A DNA stretch of 64,000 nt from a virus. Shown here piece by piece: positions 55,905 to 64,000 of this stretch (its first letter is position 1; the number at the start of each line of letters is the position of its first letter). Below the pieces are notes generated by a model that made no database searches, had not been told where the DNA came from, and was given only the letters and a program-made list of their open reading frames with translations. The position numbers and the translations under genes are program-made. The stretch is taken from positions 64,001 to 128,000 of IMG/VR virus record IMGVR_UViG_3300034101_003554. One strand, 5' to 3'.

Positions 55905-57281
55905 ATGGCGAATGTAAAAATAACTGACTTACCACTTATAACTGGAATAACAATCAATGATGTAATACCGATTGTTGATGTTGATACTCTTGTTACTTCT
56001 AAAGTAACAATTGGTGACCTTAAAAATTATTTAGATACATCATTTACTGGTGGTACAGTTAGTGGCGAAACAACATTTATTAATGGATTAAGTGCAACAA
56101 CTTTTTCGGCCACCACAATTGATTTATGTTCTACTAGTGGGACTTTGTTTACAAGTAGTATTTCAGGTTGTTCACCAATTGAATTTTTAAGTGAATCATT
56201 TTTTACTAAAGGTTTATCAGCATTAACATTAAGTTCATCCACGATTTATGTTGATGGTCAAATTTTAGAATCGTTTACTGGTGGCACTGTTAGTGGTAAT
56301 ACTGAATTTACTAATGGATTAACTGCAAACACTATATCCGCGACAACATATTTTGGGTTACCTACTGATGTGTATGTGACTGGTGGAACATATTCAAATG
56401 GTGATATTACATTCACAAACAATACTGGTGGTACATTTAATGTAAATGGGTTATTTACTGGAAGTACTGATGTGTATGTGACTGGTGGAACATATTCAAA
56501 TGGGGATTTAACATTAGTTAATAATACTGGTGGCACATTTAATGTAAGTGGATTTTATACTGGTGGGACTGATGTATTTGTTACTGGTGGGACTTATAAT
56601 AATAATACATTTACCTATACAAATAATACAGGTGGAACTTTTGATGTGTCATTTAATTCGGTTAGTGGATTAACATCAAATGGTACTATTGAGAGTAATG
56701 TCATATCAGCAACAACAATAAGTGGTGGAACATTGTATGGGGATGGTAGTAATTTAAGTGGAATTAGTCAAACACCATTTTATCAAGAGTCTATATGGAC
56801 ATCATTTCAAACATCAGTAAGAACCACATCATCAACAAATTATGGTTCAGGTGGAGCAATGGCGGTACCATTTTATGTGAATAAAACAGTTACAATTTTA
56901 AATTGTAGTATTGAATGTTCACTAATAGCCGTAAATCCTACAAATTGTGAATTTGCAATTTATGATGTAATAAGTGGTACTGTAACTAATAGATTATACC
57001 ATCAAACATTCCAAATAACAGGAACTGGTATTGTTACATTTAGTAGTGTTAATTTAACATTACAACCAGGTATTTACGCATACGCTACAACTCAAGATAT
57101 AATACTTGGATGGAGAAGTTTCACCCTCCCTAATAGTGTATTAGGAGTTAATTCAAGTATGGGTACGGATACATTTATTTCGGCAAAGACACAAGCGTCA
57201 AATAATTTGTTGAATCCATTTGGTTCTCAAACTAATAATAATAGTAATTGCCCATTAGCAATTTTTGAAATTCAAATTTAA
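55905..57281 (+). CDS. Fibre/decoration protein with 34-aa VTGGT repeats
   Basis: N-terminal KITDLP…IPIVD; TDVYVTGGTYSNG repeats at 102-bp spacing. Confidence 0.65.
   Translation: MANVKITDLPLITGITINDVIPIVDVDTLVTSKVTIGDLKNYLDTSFTGGTVSGETTFINGLSATTFSATTIDLCSTSGTLFTSSISGCSPIEFLSESFFTKGLSALTLSSSTIYVDGQILESFTGGTVSGNTEFTNGLTANTISATTYFGLPTDVYVTGGTYSNGDITFTNNTGGTFNVNGLFTGSTDVYVTGGTYSNGDLTLVNNTGGTFNVSGFYTGGTDVFVTGGTYNNNTFTYTNNTGGTFDVSFNSVSGLTSNGTIESNVISATTISGGTLYGDGSNLSGISQTPFYQESIWTSFQTSVRTTSSTNYGSGGAMAVPFYVNKTVTILNCSIECSLIAVNPTNCEFAIYDVISGTVTNRLYHQTFQITGTGIVTFSSVNLTLQPGIYAYATTQDIILGWRSFTLPNSVLGVNSSMGTDTFISAKTQASNNLLNPFGSQTNNNSNCPLAIFEIQI
56363..56680 (+). repeat. 102-bp tandem coding repeat (3 units), also present in ORF 58442
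   Basis: TACTGATGTGTATGTGACTGGTGGAACATATTCAAATGG at 56363 and 56465; a degenerate third unit follows. Confidence 0.85.
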
Positions 57282-57286
57282 ATATT

Positions 57287-57595
57287 ATGAGTATTATATT
57301 TACACCAACAAATGGTTTAACACCACAAGAAAAATTACAAGTTGATATACAATTTGGAAATGGTTTAGTTGAAGAGTTTTTAATTGATAATCGATTAATT
57401 ACTCCACCAGTTACTGAACAAGAATCTTTACAATTATTAAATCAATTCAGTAATGTTGAGAGGTTGGCAAAACTTGGAGATATTAAATCGGTTAAAATTT
57501 TATTAGGACAAATACAAACCGATAATAAAATTTTTACACAATCAAGAAAAGATAAATATCTATTACAAATAGACGAACATTTATTATTACGATAA
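57287..57595 (+). CDS. Hypothetical protein (fibre chaperone-like position)
   Basis: Small helical ORF directly after the fibre gene. Confidence 0.6.
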   Translation: MSIIFTPTNGLTPQEKLQVDIQFGNGLVEEFLIDNRLITPPVTEQESLQLLNQFSNVERLAKLGDIKSVKILLGQIQTDNKIFTQSRKDKYLLQIDEHLLLR

Positions 57596-57621
57596 GTGTA
57601 ATCAAAATTTAAATAAATTTA

Positions 57622-58428
57622 ATGAGTCAAACGATAATAATAAGTAGTATCAATTATGATGGAGAATTAGCTAGTGTTATATTCACACCACAAGGTAGTG
57701 TGAATGTTATTAATTTGGGAAATGTTACATTACCTTTTACATTCCAAGCGGGGTTATTAACACCACCCCAAGATGTTTATGGTACTTATACAATATTGGT
57801 TGAGAATGGTGATTGTCCAAACATTTTAAATGTTCCAAGACCTACGCCTACCCCAACCCCAACTGTTACACCAACAAGAACGGTTACCCCAACTCCTACA
57901 GTTACACCAACACCTACTTCAACGTTTGACCCTTGTAGAGTTACTCAAACACCAACAAATACTCCAAGTAATACACCGACAAGGACTCCAACAAGAACTC
58001 CTACGGCAACACCAACAAGTACTTGTCCAGGACCTTCACCTACAAATACTCCGACACCAACAACAACTCCAACTCCAACACCTTCAAGAACTCCTGAAGA
58101 GTCAAAGATTTATTGGGGTAAATTTAGTGGTGGTACTATTACAAGTGGTGATACAACTTTATTATCAAGTGGTTATACTTCTAATCCAACAAATACTTAT
58201 AGAAGTATTCCGAGTGGTTTCGCTTATGGTTATATTCTAATACCAACTGGTTTAACGCAACCATCAGAATTTAGAAATAGTAATGTAGGTTGTTCAGGTA
58301 GTAATATACCATTTAACAATATAGGTACGATAATCATAGTTGACGCTAACGGATTTAGCATAACATATAATGTTTACAGAACTTTCTTCCAAATCACTGA
58401 TGGTTTCGATGTATGGTTATGTAGTTAA
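57622..58428 (+). CDS. Virion surface protein with a long mucin-like Pro-Thr linker
   Basis: About 85 aa of PTPT repeats between two beta-rich domains. Confidence 0.7.
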   Translation: MSQTIIISSINYDGELASVIFTPQGSVNVINLGNVTLPFTFQAGLLTPPQDVYGTYTILVENGDCPNILNVPRPTPTPTPTVTPTRTVTPTPTVTPTPTSTFDPCRVTQTPTNTPSNTPTRTPTRTPTATPTSTCPGPSPTNTPTPTTTPTPTPSRTPEESKIYWGKFSGGTITSGDTTLLSSGYTSNPTNTYRSIPSGFAYGYILIPTGLTQPSEFRNSNVGCSGSNIPFNNIGTIIIVDANGFSITYNVYRTFFQITDGFDVWLCS

Positions 58429-58441
58429 AATAAAATAATTA

Positions 58442-60466
58442 ATGGGTTCTTTTAGTTTATCAGGTGGTGTTGAAGTTTTTGGTTTTATTTCTCCAAGTAA
58501 TACCACAGACCAATATCCAGTTATTGACCCCTTATATGGTATTGATGGTTTAAGAAACGTTAATACTTTAAGTGATTTAAATTTAATTCCGACACTTAGG
58601 AGAAGGGCTGGTATGCTTGTGGGTGTAAGTGGAGGGACTATTTATTATAAACTAAATTTACCCCCTTGGAATGGCACACTATCGGATTGGAGTTTATTTG
58701 AGTTAGGTTTTACTGGTGGTACTGTAACTGGAAATACAATTTTCACTAATGGTATTACAGCTAATACTATTTCCGCTTCAACATATCTTAATTTACCTAT
58801 TGATGTTTTTGTAACTGGAGGAACTTATGATAATGTATTAGGTATTGCAACATTTACAAATAATACTGGTGGAACATTTAATGTCAGTGGTTTATTCACA
58901 GGGGCGACTGATATATTTGTTACAGGTGGGACTTATAATGATAATACATTTACATTCACAAATAATACTGGTGGAACTTTTGATGTTTCATTTAATTCTG
59001 TAACTGGATTAACAATTAATGGGGATTTAAATGTAACTGGTAATACGATAGTTGATGGTATTACTGCAAATACTATTTCAGCTACAACTTATGAAAATTT
59101 ACCAATTGACATCAGAGTAACTGGTGGAACATATTCTTTAGGTACTGCAACCTTCACAAACAATACTGGGGGTACATTTAATGTCACAGGATTTTATACG
59201 GGAAATACTGACAACTATATCACAGGTGGAACTTTTGATAAAAATACTGAAACTTTAACATTGACTGATGTAACTGGGGGTACGATTAGTATTTCAGGTT
59301 TCAGTGATGTATTTGTAACGGGTGGTACATTTTCAGGTGGTAGTATAGTTTTTACAAATAATAGTGGTGGAACATTTAATGTATCAGGCATATCATCATT
59401 TGATACATTTGTCACAGGATTTTCTTATTCAAATAATACATTCACAATATCTCAAAATAGTGGTACATCATTAACGGCAACAATTAATTCGGTAACGGGA
59501 TTAACGGCATCAACAATATCCGCAGCAACATTTAATGGGGATATTGTTGCGCTAAATGGAACATCAGTTACAAATCCAACATATAGAACATCATTAGGTG
59601 GTTCTAATTTAAGTCCAAGGGCGACATTTGGTAGTGAATCAAATGCCGCAAGTTTACATAGGTATATTTTTGACCCAGTTAATCAAAATGGATTAGTATT
59701 TTCTATAGCAAATAATGGTAGTGTTTATATCGCAAGAGGTGGAATTGTTGCTGGTGGTTCAGGTTCTATATCACAAGAAATTGGTGATTTAAGATTTTTT
59801 ACTTTAAATTCACCTAATGCTACTTTATTCTCAGAAAGAATGAGATTAGACCATTTTGGTAATCTTGGTATTGGTACAACATCTCCATCTGAAAAATTAG
59901 ATGTTGTTGGAAAAACAAAAACAACAAGTATTCAAATAACATCAGGGGCAACAAATGGATATGTTTTAACTTCAGATGTTAGTGGTAATGGTACTTGGCA
60001 ACAAATACCTTCATTTACTGGTGGTACGATAACTGGTAGTACAAATTTCACAAACGGATTAACCGCGAATACAATATCTGCAACGACATATCAAAATCTT
60101 CCAATTGATTATAGGTCGTTTGGTGTTGTTGTTGATGGTGCTGGTTCAGTAATAACAACTGGTAATAAAGGGTATTTAAGTTTACCATATTCAGGTTATA
60201 TTACAGGGTGGAGAATACTTGGTGACCAATCAGGTTCAACATCAATTGATGTATGGAAGACTAATTATATTGGATTTCCTCCAACATCTGGGGATAGTAT
60301 AACTGGAGGTAATTATCCAAATTTAACTTCACAACAAATAAATGAGGATTATTCTTTATTAGGTTGGACAACAGGTTTTACAAGTGGTGATATAATTTCA
60401 TTTAATGTTTTATCCGCTAGTACAACAACAAGAATAAACTTAACAATTAATGTTATTAAAACATAG
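58442..60466 (+). CDS. Fibre protein with VTGGT/TANT repeats
   Basis: IPTLRRRAGMLVGV N-domain, multiple VTGGT units, ERMRL…GNLGIGTTSPSEKLDV. Confidence 0.7.
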   Translation: MGSFSLSGGVEVFGFISPSNTTDQYPVIDPLYGIDGLRNVNTLSDLNLIPTLRRRAGMLVGVSGGTIYYKLNLPPWNGTLSDWSLFELGFTGGTVTGNTIFTNGITANTISASTYLNLPIDVFVTGGTYDNVLGIATFTNNTGGTFNVSGLFTGATDIFVTGGTYNDNTFTFTNNTGGTFDVSFNSVTGLTINGDLNVTGNTIVDGITANTISATTYENLPIDIRVTGGTYSLGTATFTNNTGGTFNVTGFYTGNTDNYITGGTFDKNTETLTLTDVTGGTISISGFSDVFVTGGTFSGGSIVFTNNSGGTFNVSGISSFDTFVTGFSYSNNTFTISQNSGTSLTATINSVTGLTASTISAATFNGDIVALNGTSVTNPTYRTSLGGSNLSPRATFGSESNAASLHRYIFDPVNQNGLVFSIANNGSVYIARGGIVAGGSGSISQEIGDLRFFTLNSPNATLFSERMRLDHFGNLGIGTTSPSEKLDVVGKTKTTSIQITSGATNGYVLTSDVSGNGTWQQIPSFTGGTITGSTNFTNGLTANTISATTYQNLPIDYRSFGVVVDGAGSVITTGNKGYLSLPYSGYITGWRILGDQSGSTSIDVWKTNYIGFPPTSGDSITGGNYPNLTSQQINEDYSLLGWTTGFTSGDIISFNVLSASTTTRINLTINVIKT

Positions 60467-60469
60467 AAT

Positions 60470-63400
60470 ATGGCTAAAAATTTAATTGAGTTTAATGTTT
60501 ACGATGCCGATGTAGTCCCATATAGTGGTTATAATTCAAATAAAACTGTTTTAGGACCTCAGATTTATAAATTTACTGGTTCAAATTCATCCGACTTTTA
60601 TATTGGGCCAAATGAAACTACATTCAGAGATATAACTCAAGATACTGGTGTTTCAAACTGGGGGGATATTGCAGTTATTCCTTATAGTACTAATAAACAT
60701 TGGTTATTTGCATTAAAAGGGTTTGCAACAACTCTTATACCAACTGAAATATGTATGTACGAATTTGATAAATTAACATACACATATACATATGTTGGTG
60801 CGGTATCTTGTTCTAGTACAAATACACCAGGGAGTCGTAGTCATTATGGATTTAGTGCTAATTTAACATATTATACTGGAGGGACGGTTGAGGTTCTCGG
60901 AAATTCAGTTACAGGGACAAGTACAGATTGGATTACAAATAGAATACCAATTGGTGTAAGGATAGGCTTTGGGTCGAATAATCCTCAAGATATTACTACT
61001 TGGTATAGAATTGGTAATTATCCATTAATGAATTCAACTCCATCGTTATTAAATGGTGGGGTTACAGCAATCGCATTTGATACTTCAGGTAACACATATA
61101 TTGGTGGAGCATTTACAACTTATAGTGGTATTTCAGTTGGCCGTTTGGCTAAGATAACAAGTGGTGGAACTTTGGATACAACATTCAATACTAATATTGG
61201 TACCGGATTAAATGCGTTTCCACATACAATAAAAGTCGATTCAAGTGGTAACTTATATATTGGAGGGACGTTTACAACATTTTCAGGTTTAGCCAACAAC
61301 TTTATAATTAAACTAAATAGTAATGGGACTAAAGATACTTCATTTGATAATACAACAGGTTTTAATTTGACTGTTTATGAAATTCAATTAGATAGTACTG
61401 GTAAATTATATGTTGGGGGTGACTTTACAACATATAAAGGTGTTACGAATAATCGTATAATAAAATTAAATACTGATGGATCAAAAGATGTATCTTTTGA
61501 TAACTCAACTGGATTTAATAGTAATGGGGTATATACTATTGAGGTTGTTGAAAACAATAGTATTTATGTTGGGGGTGGTTTTACAACATATAAAGGTGTT
61601 ACAAACAATAGGTTGATTAAAATATTAAGTGGTGGAACTAAAGATGCAACATTTGATAATACAACAGGACTAAATGTTAGTGCTTATAAAATAATATACA
61701 AACCATCAACAGGTTCAATTATTGTTGCCGGTGAATTTACTACTTGGAAAGGTGTTAGTAATGTGTATTTAACCGAAATTTCATCTGGAGGTACGGCTTT
61801 GATTTCCTCAATGTCCTCTCAAATTATATATAAGATGACTAAAGATTCTTCAGATAATATATATTGTTATGGAGCAAATCAAATAATAACAAAAAGAAAT
61901 ATAAATACATTAATAGCTAATCCTAATTTTAATCCAAATATAATATACACAACAAATGCGACTGTAGGTGAAATTATTGCTGTAGATCCAACTGGAACAA
62001 GATTATATGTTAGTAGTGGTAATATTACTATAGATAGTGGTATAGTTTGTGTTAGTACATCAGATGGTGAAAGAACTCCTAATTTTATTACAAATGCACA
62101 AAACATAACAAGTCAAGTTATAACATTAACTTCATTTGCTGGAACTTTCCCTATCGGAACTCCTTATGTTATTGAAAATTTAATATTTTCACAATATAAT
62201 AACACTTATGGTGTCTGTTTAATTCAAGGTTTAAGTAAAGACGATTTTACAGTATCACCAACTTCTATACCAACACCAGCATTTAATTACGCTGGTTTAT
62301 CCAAAGGTAAATATGTTTTATATGATGGATTTTATACATCAGGTAGTGGGTATAATACCCTAGGTATAAGTACTACAATTAAAGATACTATGTTGTTAGT
62401 ACCTGAAAATTCATCAACACAATATTTGTATTCTATGAATACCACAGGTCGTGTAGCTAGATTTAATATTAAAAATCCATTAATAACACAATTAGGTACT
62501 AATACTCAAGGTCTTCTGAGATATAGTATTCCATCTCAATTATTATTAACAGGAGTCCCTATTATAACCCCAACTGGAGCTGCTATAAGTGGTTTAGGCA
62601 CAGGTAAATTTGATATAGGTACGATGCAAAGTGGTTCTGCCATAGGTATTCCATCATTGTTTACTGATAATACTGGGATAGTACAAACCCCAATATCTGG
62701 GTTAACAAATGAAGGTGTTCCTTTATATACTTATATGCCTGAAGTTCCTCCAGGTTCAACAACAACATATACCGCAGCGGGTAATGTTGGTAGGGTTTAT
62801 TATATACCTAATATAGATAGAATTATAGTATTAAACTCTTCATCAACTGCTAAAAGTTATATCACAAAGTATCAATTAAATATGATACAACCCACGTTAA
62901 GTAGTACTCTTTATGGTAGAGATACCTTTAATAATTTAGCTTATAATAATTCGTTTGATACTACATTTTTATTTAATGGGGGACAATTACAAGGTAATAC
63001 ATCAAGTAGTTTAGCACCAAAATATCCTGATACATTAGGTACTGGTTTCTTTGGTAAGATATTAGATGGTGTTTTACATTTATGTAGACCATTGGCAACA
63101 ATTCAAAATAATTTGTATGCAGTTCCTCTTGCTTGTGAGGCTTTATATGTTGATTATTCTAATAATGTTTTTATAACTCCTAAAATTACATTACCTAATG
63201 CTATTGCGATAAATGGATTATTTATCAATTCACAAAAACAATATGGAAGTTATCCATTCGCAATACCACCTGAACCAATTGTAATTCATTATAGGACTAC
63301 AGGCATAACTGGAAACACTGGGGTTTGGACAGAATTTACTGATGTCCAGTCACTAAATGATGATATAATTTGTGATGGGGTTCTTAACTCAATAGATATA

Positions 63401-63802
63401 CAATTTAGATTTTCATATAAAGTTGCGGGTAATACTTGTTTAACTAACAAAATATATGGATTTAGTTTATTGTATGAAGACGATAGAACCGATTCACATT
63501 ATAGTCCATCTGTATCTAAATCTAGTTTAAGTAATAGAACATTTGCATGGAGACAAGAGCAATTATGGAATAGTAGTATTCCTGATTTGAGGATTAGATT
63601 ATATAACTCAACTAATAGTAATATTGTATTTTATGATACTGTATTAACATCATCATCAGGTACTTGGGAATACTCAACCGATAATGGTGTTACTTGGTTA
63701 CCTTGGTCTTCATCTGCCGATGTGATTGGTAATTATATTCGTTATGTTGCCGACTTTATACCTGTTGGAATAAAATTGAGAGTAGGATTAAATAGAATTT
63801 AA
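60470..63802 (+). CDS. Large adhesin/tail protein with delta-60-type beta-propeller repeats
   Basis: Repeated YIGG.FTTY.G…IIKLN.DG.KD.SFDN.TG units. Confidence 0.7.
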   Translation: MAKNLIEFNVYDADVVPYSGYNSNKTVLGPQIYKFTGSNSSDFYIGPNETTFRDITQDTGVSNWGDIAVIPYSTNKHWLFALKGFATTLIPTEICMYEFDKLTYTYTYVGAVSCSSTNTPGSRSHYGFSANLTYYTGGTVEVLGNSVTGTSTDWITNRIPIGVRIGFGSNNPQDITTWYRIGNYPLMNSTPSLLNGGVTAIAFDTSGNTYIGGAFTTYSGISVGRLAKITSGGTLDTTFNTNIGTGLNAFPHTIKVDSSGNLYIGGTFTTFSGLANNFIIKLNSNGTKDTSFDNTTGFNLTVYEIQLDSTGKLYVGGDFTTYKGVTNNRIIKLNTDGSKDVSFDNSTGFNSNGVYTIEVVENNSIYVGGGFTTYKGVTNNRLIKILSGGTKDATFDNTTGLNVSAYKIIYKPSTGSIIVAGEFTTWKGVSNVYLTEISSGGTALISSMSSQIIYKMTKDSSDNIYCYGANQIITKRNINTLIANPNFNPNIIYTTNATVGEIIAVDPTGTRLYVSSGNITIDSGIVCVSTSDGERTPNFITNAQNITSQVITLTSFAGTFPIGTPYVIENLIFSQYNNTYGVCLIQGLSKDDFTVSPTSIPTPAFNYAGLSKGKYVLYDGFYTSGSGYNTLGISTTIKDTMLLVPENSSTQYLYSMNTTGRVARFNIKNPLITQLGTNTQGLLRYSIPSQLLLTGVPIITPTGAAISGLGTGKFDIGTMQSGSAIGIPSLFTDNTGIVQTPISGLTNEGVPLYTYMPEVPPGSTTTYTAAGNVGRVYYIPNIDRIIVLNSSSTAKSYITKYQLNMIQPTLSSTLYGRDTFNNLAYNNSFDTTFLFNGGQLQGNTSSSLAPKYPDTLGTGFFGKILDGVLHLCRPLATIQNNLYAVPLACEALYVDYSNNVFITPKITLPNAIAINGLFINSQKQYGSYPFAIPPEPIVIHYRTTGITGNTGVWTEFTDVQSLNDDIICDGVLNSIDIQFRFSYKVAGNTCLTNKIYGFSLLYEDDRTDSHYSPSVSKSSLSNRTFAWRQEQLWNSSIPDLRIRLYNSTNSNIVFYDTVLTSSSGTWEYSTDNGVTWLPWSSSADVIGNYIRYVADFIPVGIKLRVGLNRI

Positions 63803-63805
63803 AGG

Positions 63806-64000
63806 ATGAATATTAATTTTATTGAATACGACTTTAGTACTGATACTGTAAGTTATCCGTCAAATTATAATCCAACAAAATTAAATTTGGGTTATTTGAT
63901 GACAAAAAATACTGATAGTGATGGTAATGTTTATGTGTCTCCAGTTGAACCAATATTTTTGAGAGGATATGAGGTTGTGGGTAATCCACCATTTTCCTAT
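63806..64000 (+). CDS. 5' part of a gene truncated by the window; N-terminus resembles ORF 60470
   Basis: MNINFIEYDF…YNPTKLNLG…YVSP.E vs MAKNLIEFNV…YNSNKTVLG…YIGP.E. Confidence 0.65.
   Translation, partial: MNINFIEYDFSTDTVSYPSNYNPTKLNLGYLMTKNTDSDGNVYVSPVEPIFLRGYEVVGNPPFSY

Noticed and set aside
57830-58240. 136-aa Q/L-rich ORF in another frame
   Set aside because: By-product of the CCA/ACA repeats of the Pro-Thr linker.
56363-59400. Repeat pairs as DGR template/variable regions
   Set aside because: Both copies are coding, the differences are not adenine-specific, and no reverse transcriptase is in the window.
1-64000. Stop-codon reassignment as in some jumbo phages
   Set aside because: Genes are full length in code 11, and TAG (capsid, protease) and TGA (portal, KTSC) act as real stops.

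Overview
A very AT-rich, gene-dense segment of a large T4-like (jumbo) dsDNA phage that uses the standard genetic code and probably infects Bacteroidota. Host evidence: one exact TTTG-N20-TAnnTTTG promoter, A-rich leaders with no Shine-Dalgarno, a Bacteroidia-type bS21 with Tyr54, a lipoprotein with D-S-T/D-S-A sequons, and a tmRNA tag starting with Gly. Layout: (1) 1-9.8 kb: membrane/secreted proteins, a tmRNA missing from the ORF track, a Zn peptidase, an N-domain-less ClpC divergent from a double-UVR protein, KTSC, and a nucleotidyltransferase-M23-PG-binding fusion. (2) 9.8-27 kb: head module (terminase, portal, antisense bS21, gp21 protease, scaffold, gp23 capsid, HNH). (3) 27-35 kb: virion/baseplate genes and a gp55-like sigma factor. 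(4) 35-51 kb: about 15 kb of glycosyl/methyltransferase genes with PhoH, dUTPase and an exonuclease. (5) 51-64 kb: WYL protein, head proteins, and fibre/adhesin genes rich in TG and PT repeats. Best candidate new systems: (a) virion glycosylation, pairing the transferase cluster with a [ST]-[GA]-x-T tetrapeptide that recurs in unrelated surface proteins; (b) a phage ribosome-rescue/proteolysis module (long-tag tmRNA, ClpC lacking its N-domain, UVR adaptor, peptidase); (c) short scaffold-like terminal helices next to [ILV]-x-E sites that may load cargo into the head; (d) an ATATTTAT late promoter, twice in back-to-back palindromic pairs. All family calls come from motifs read by eye; no searches were run.
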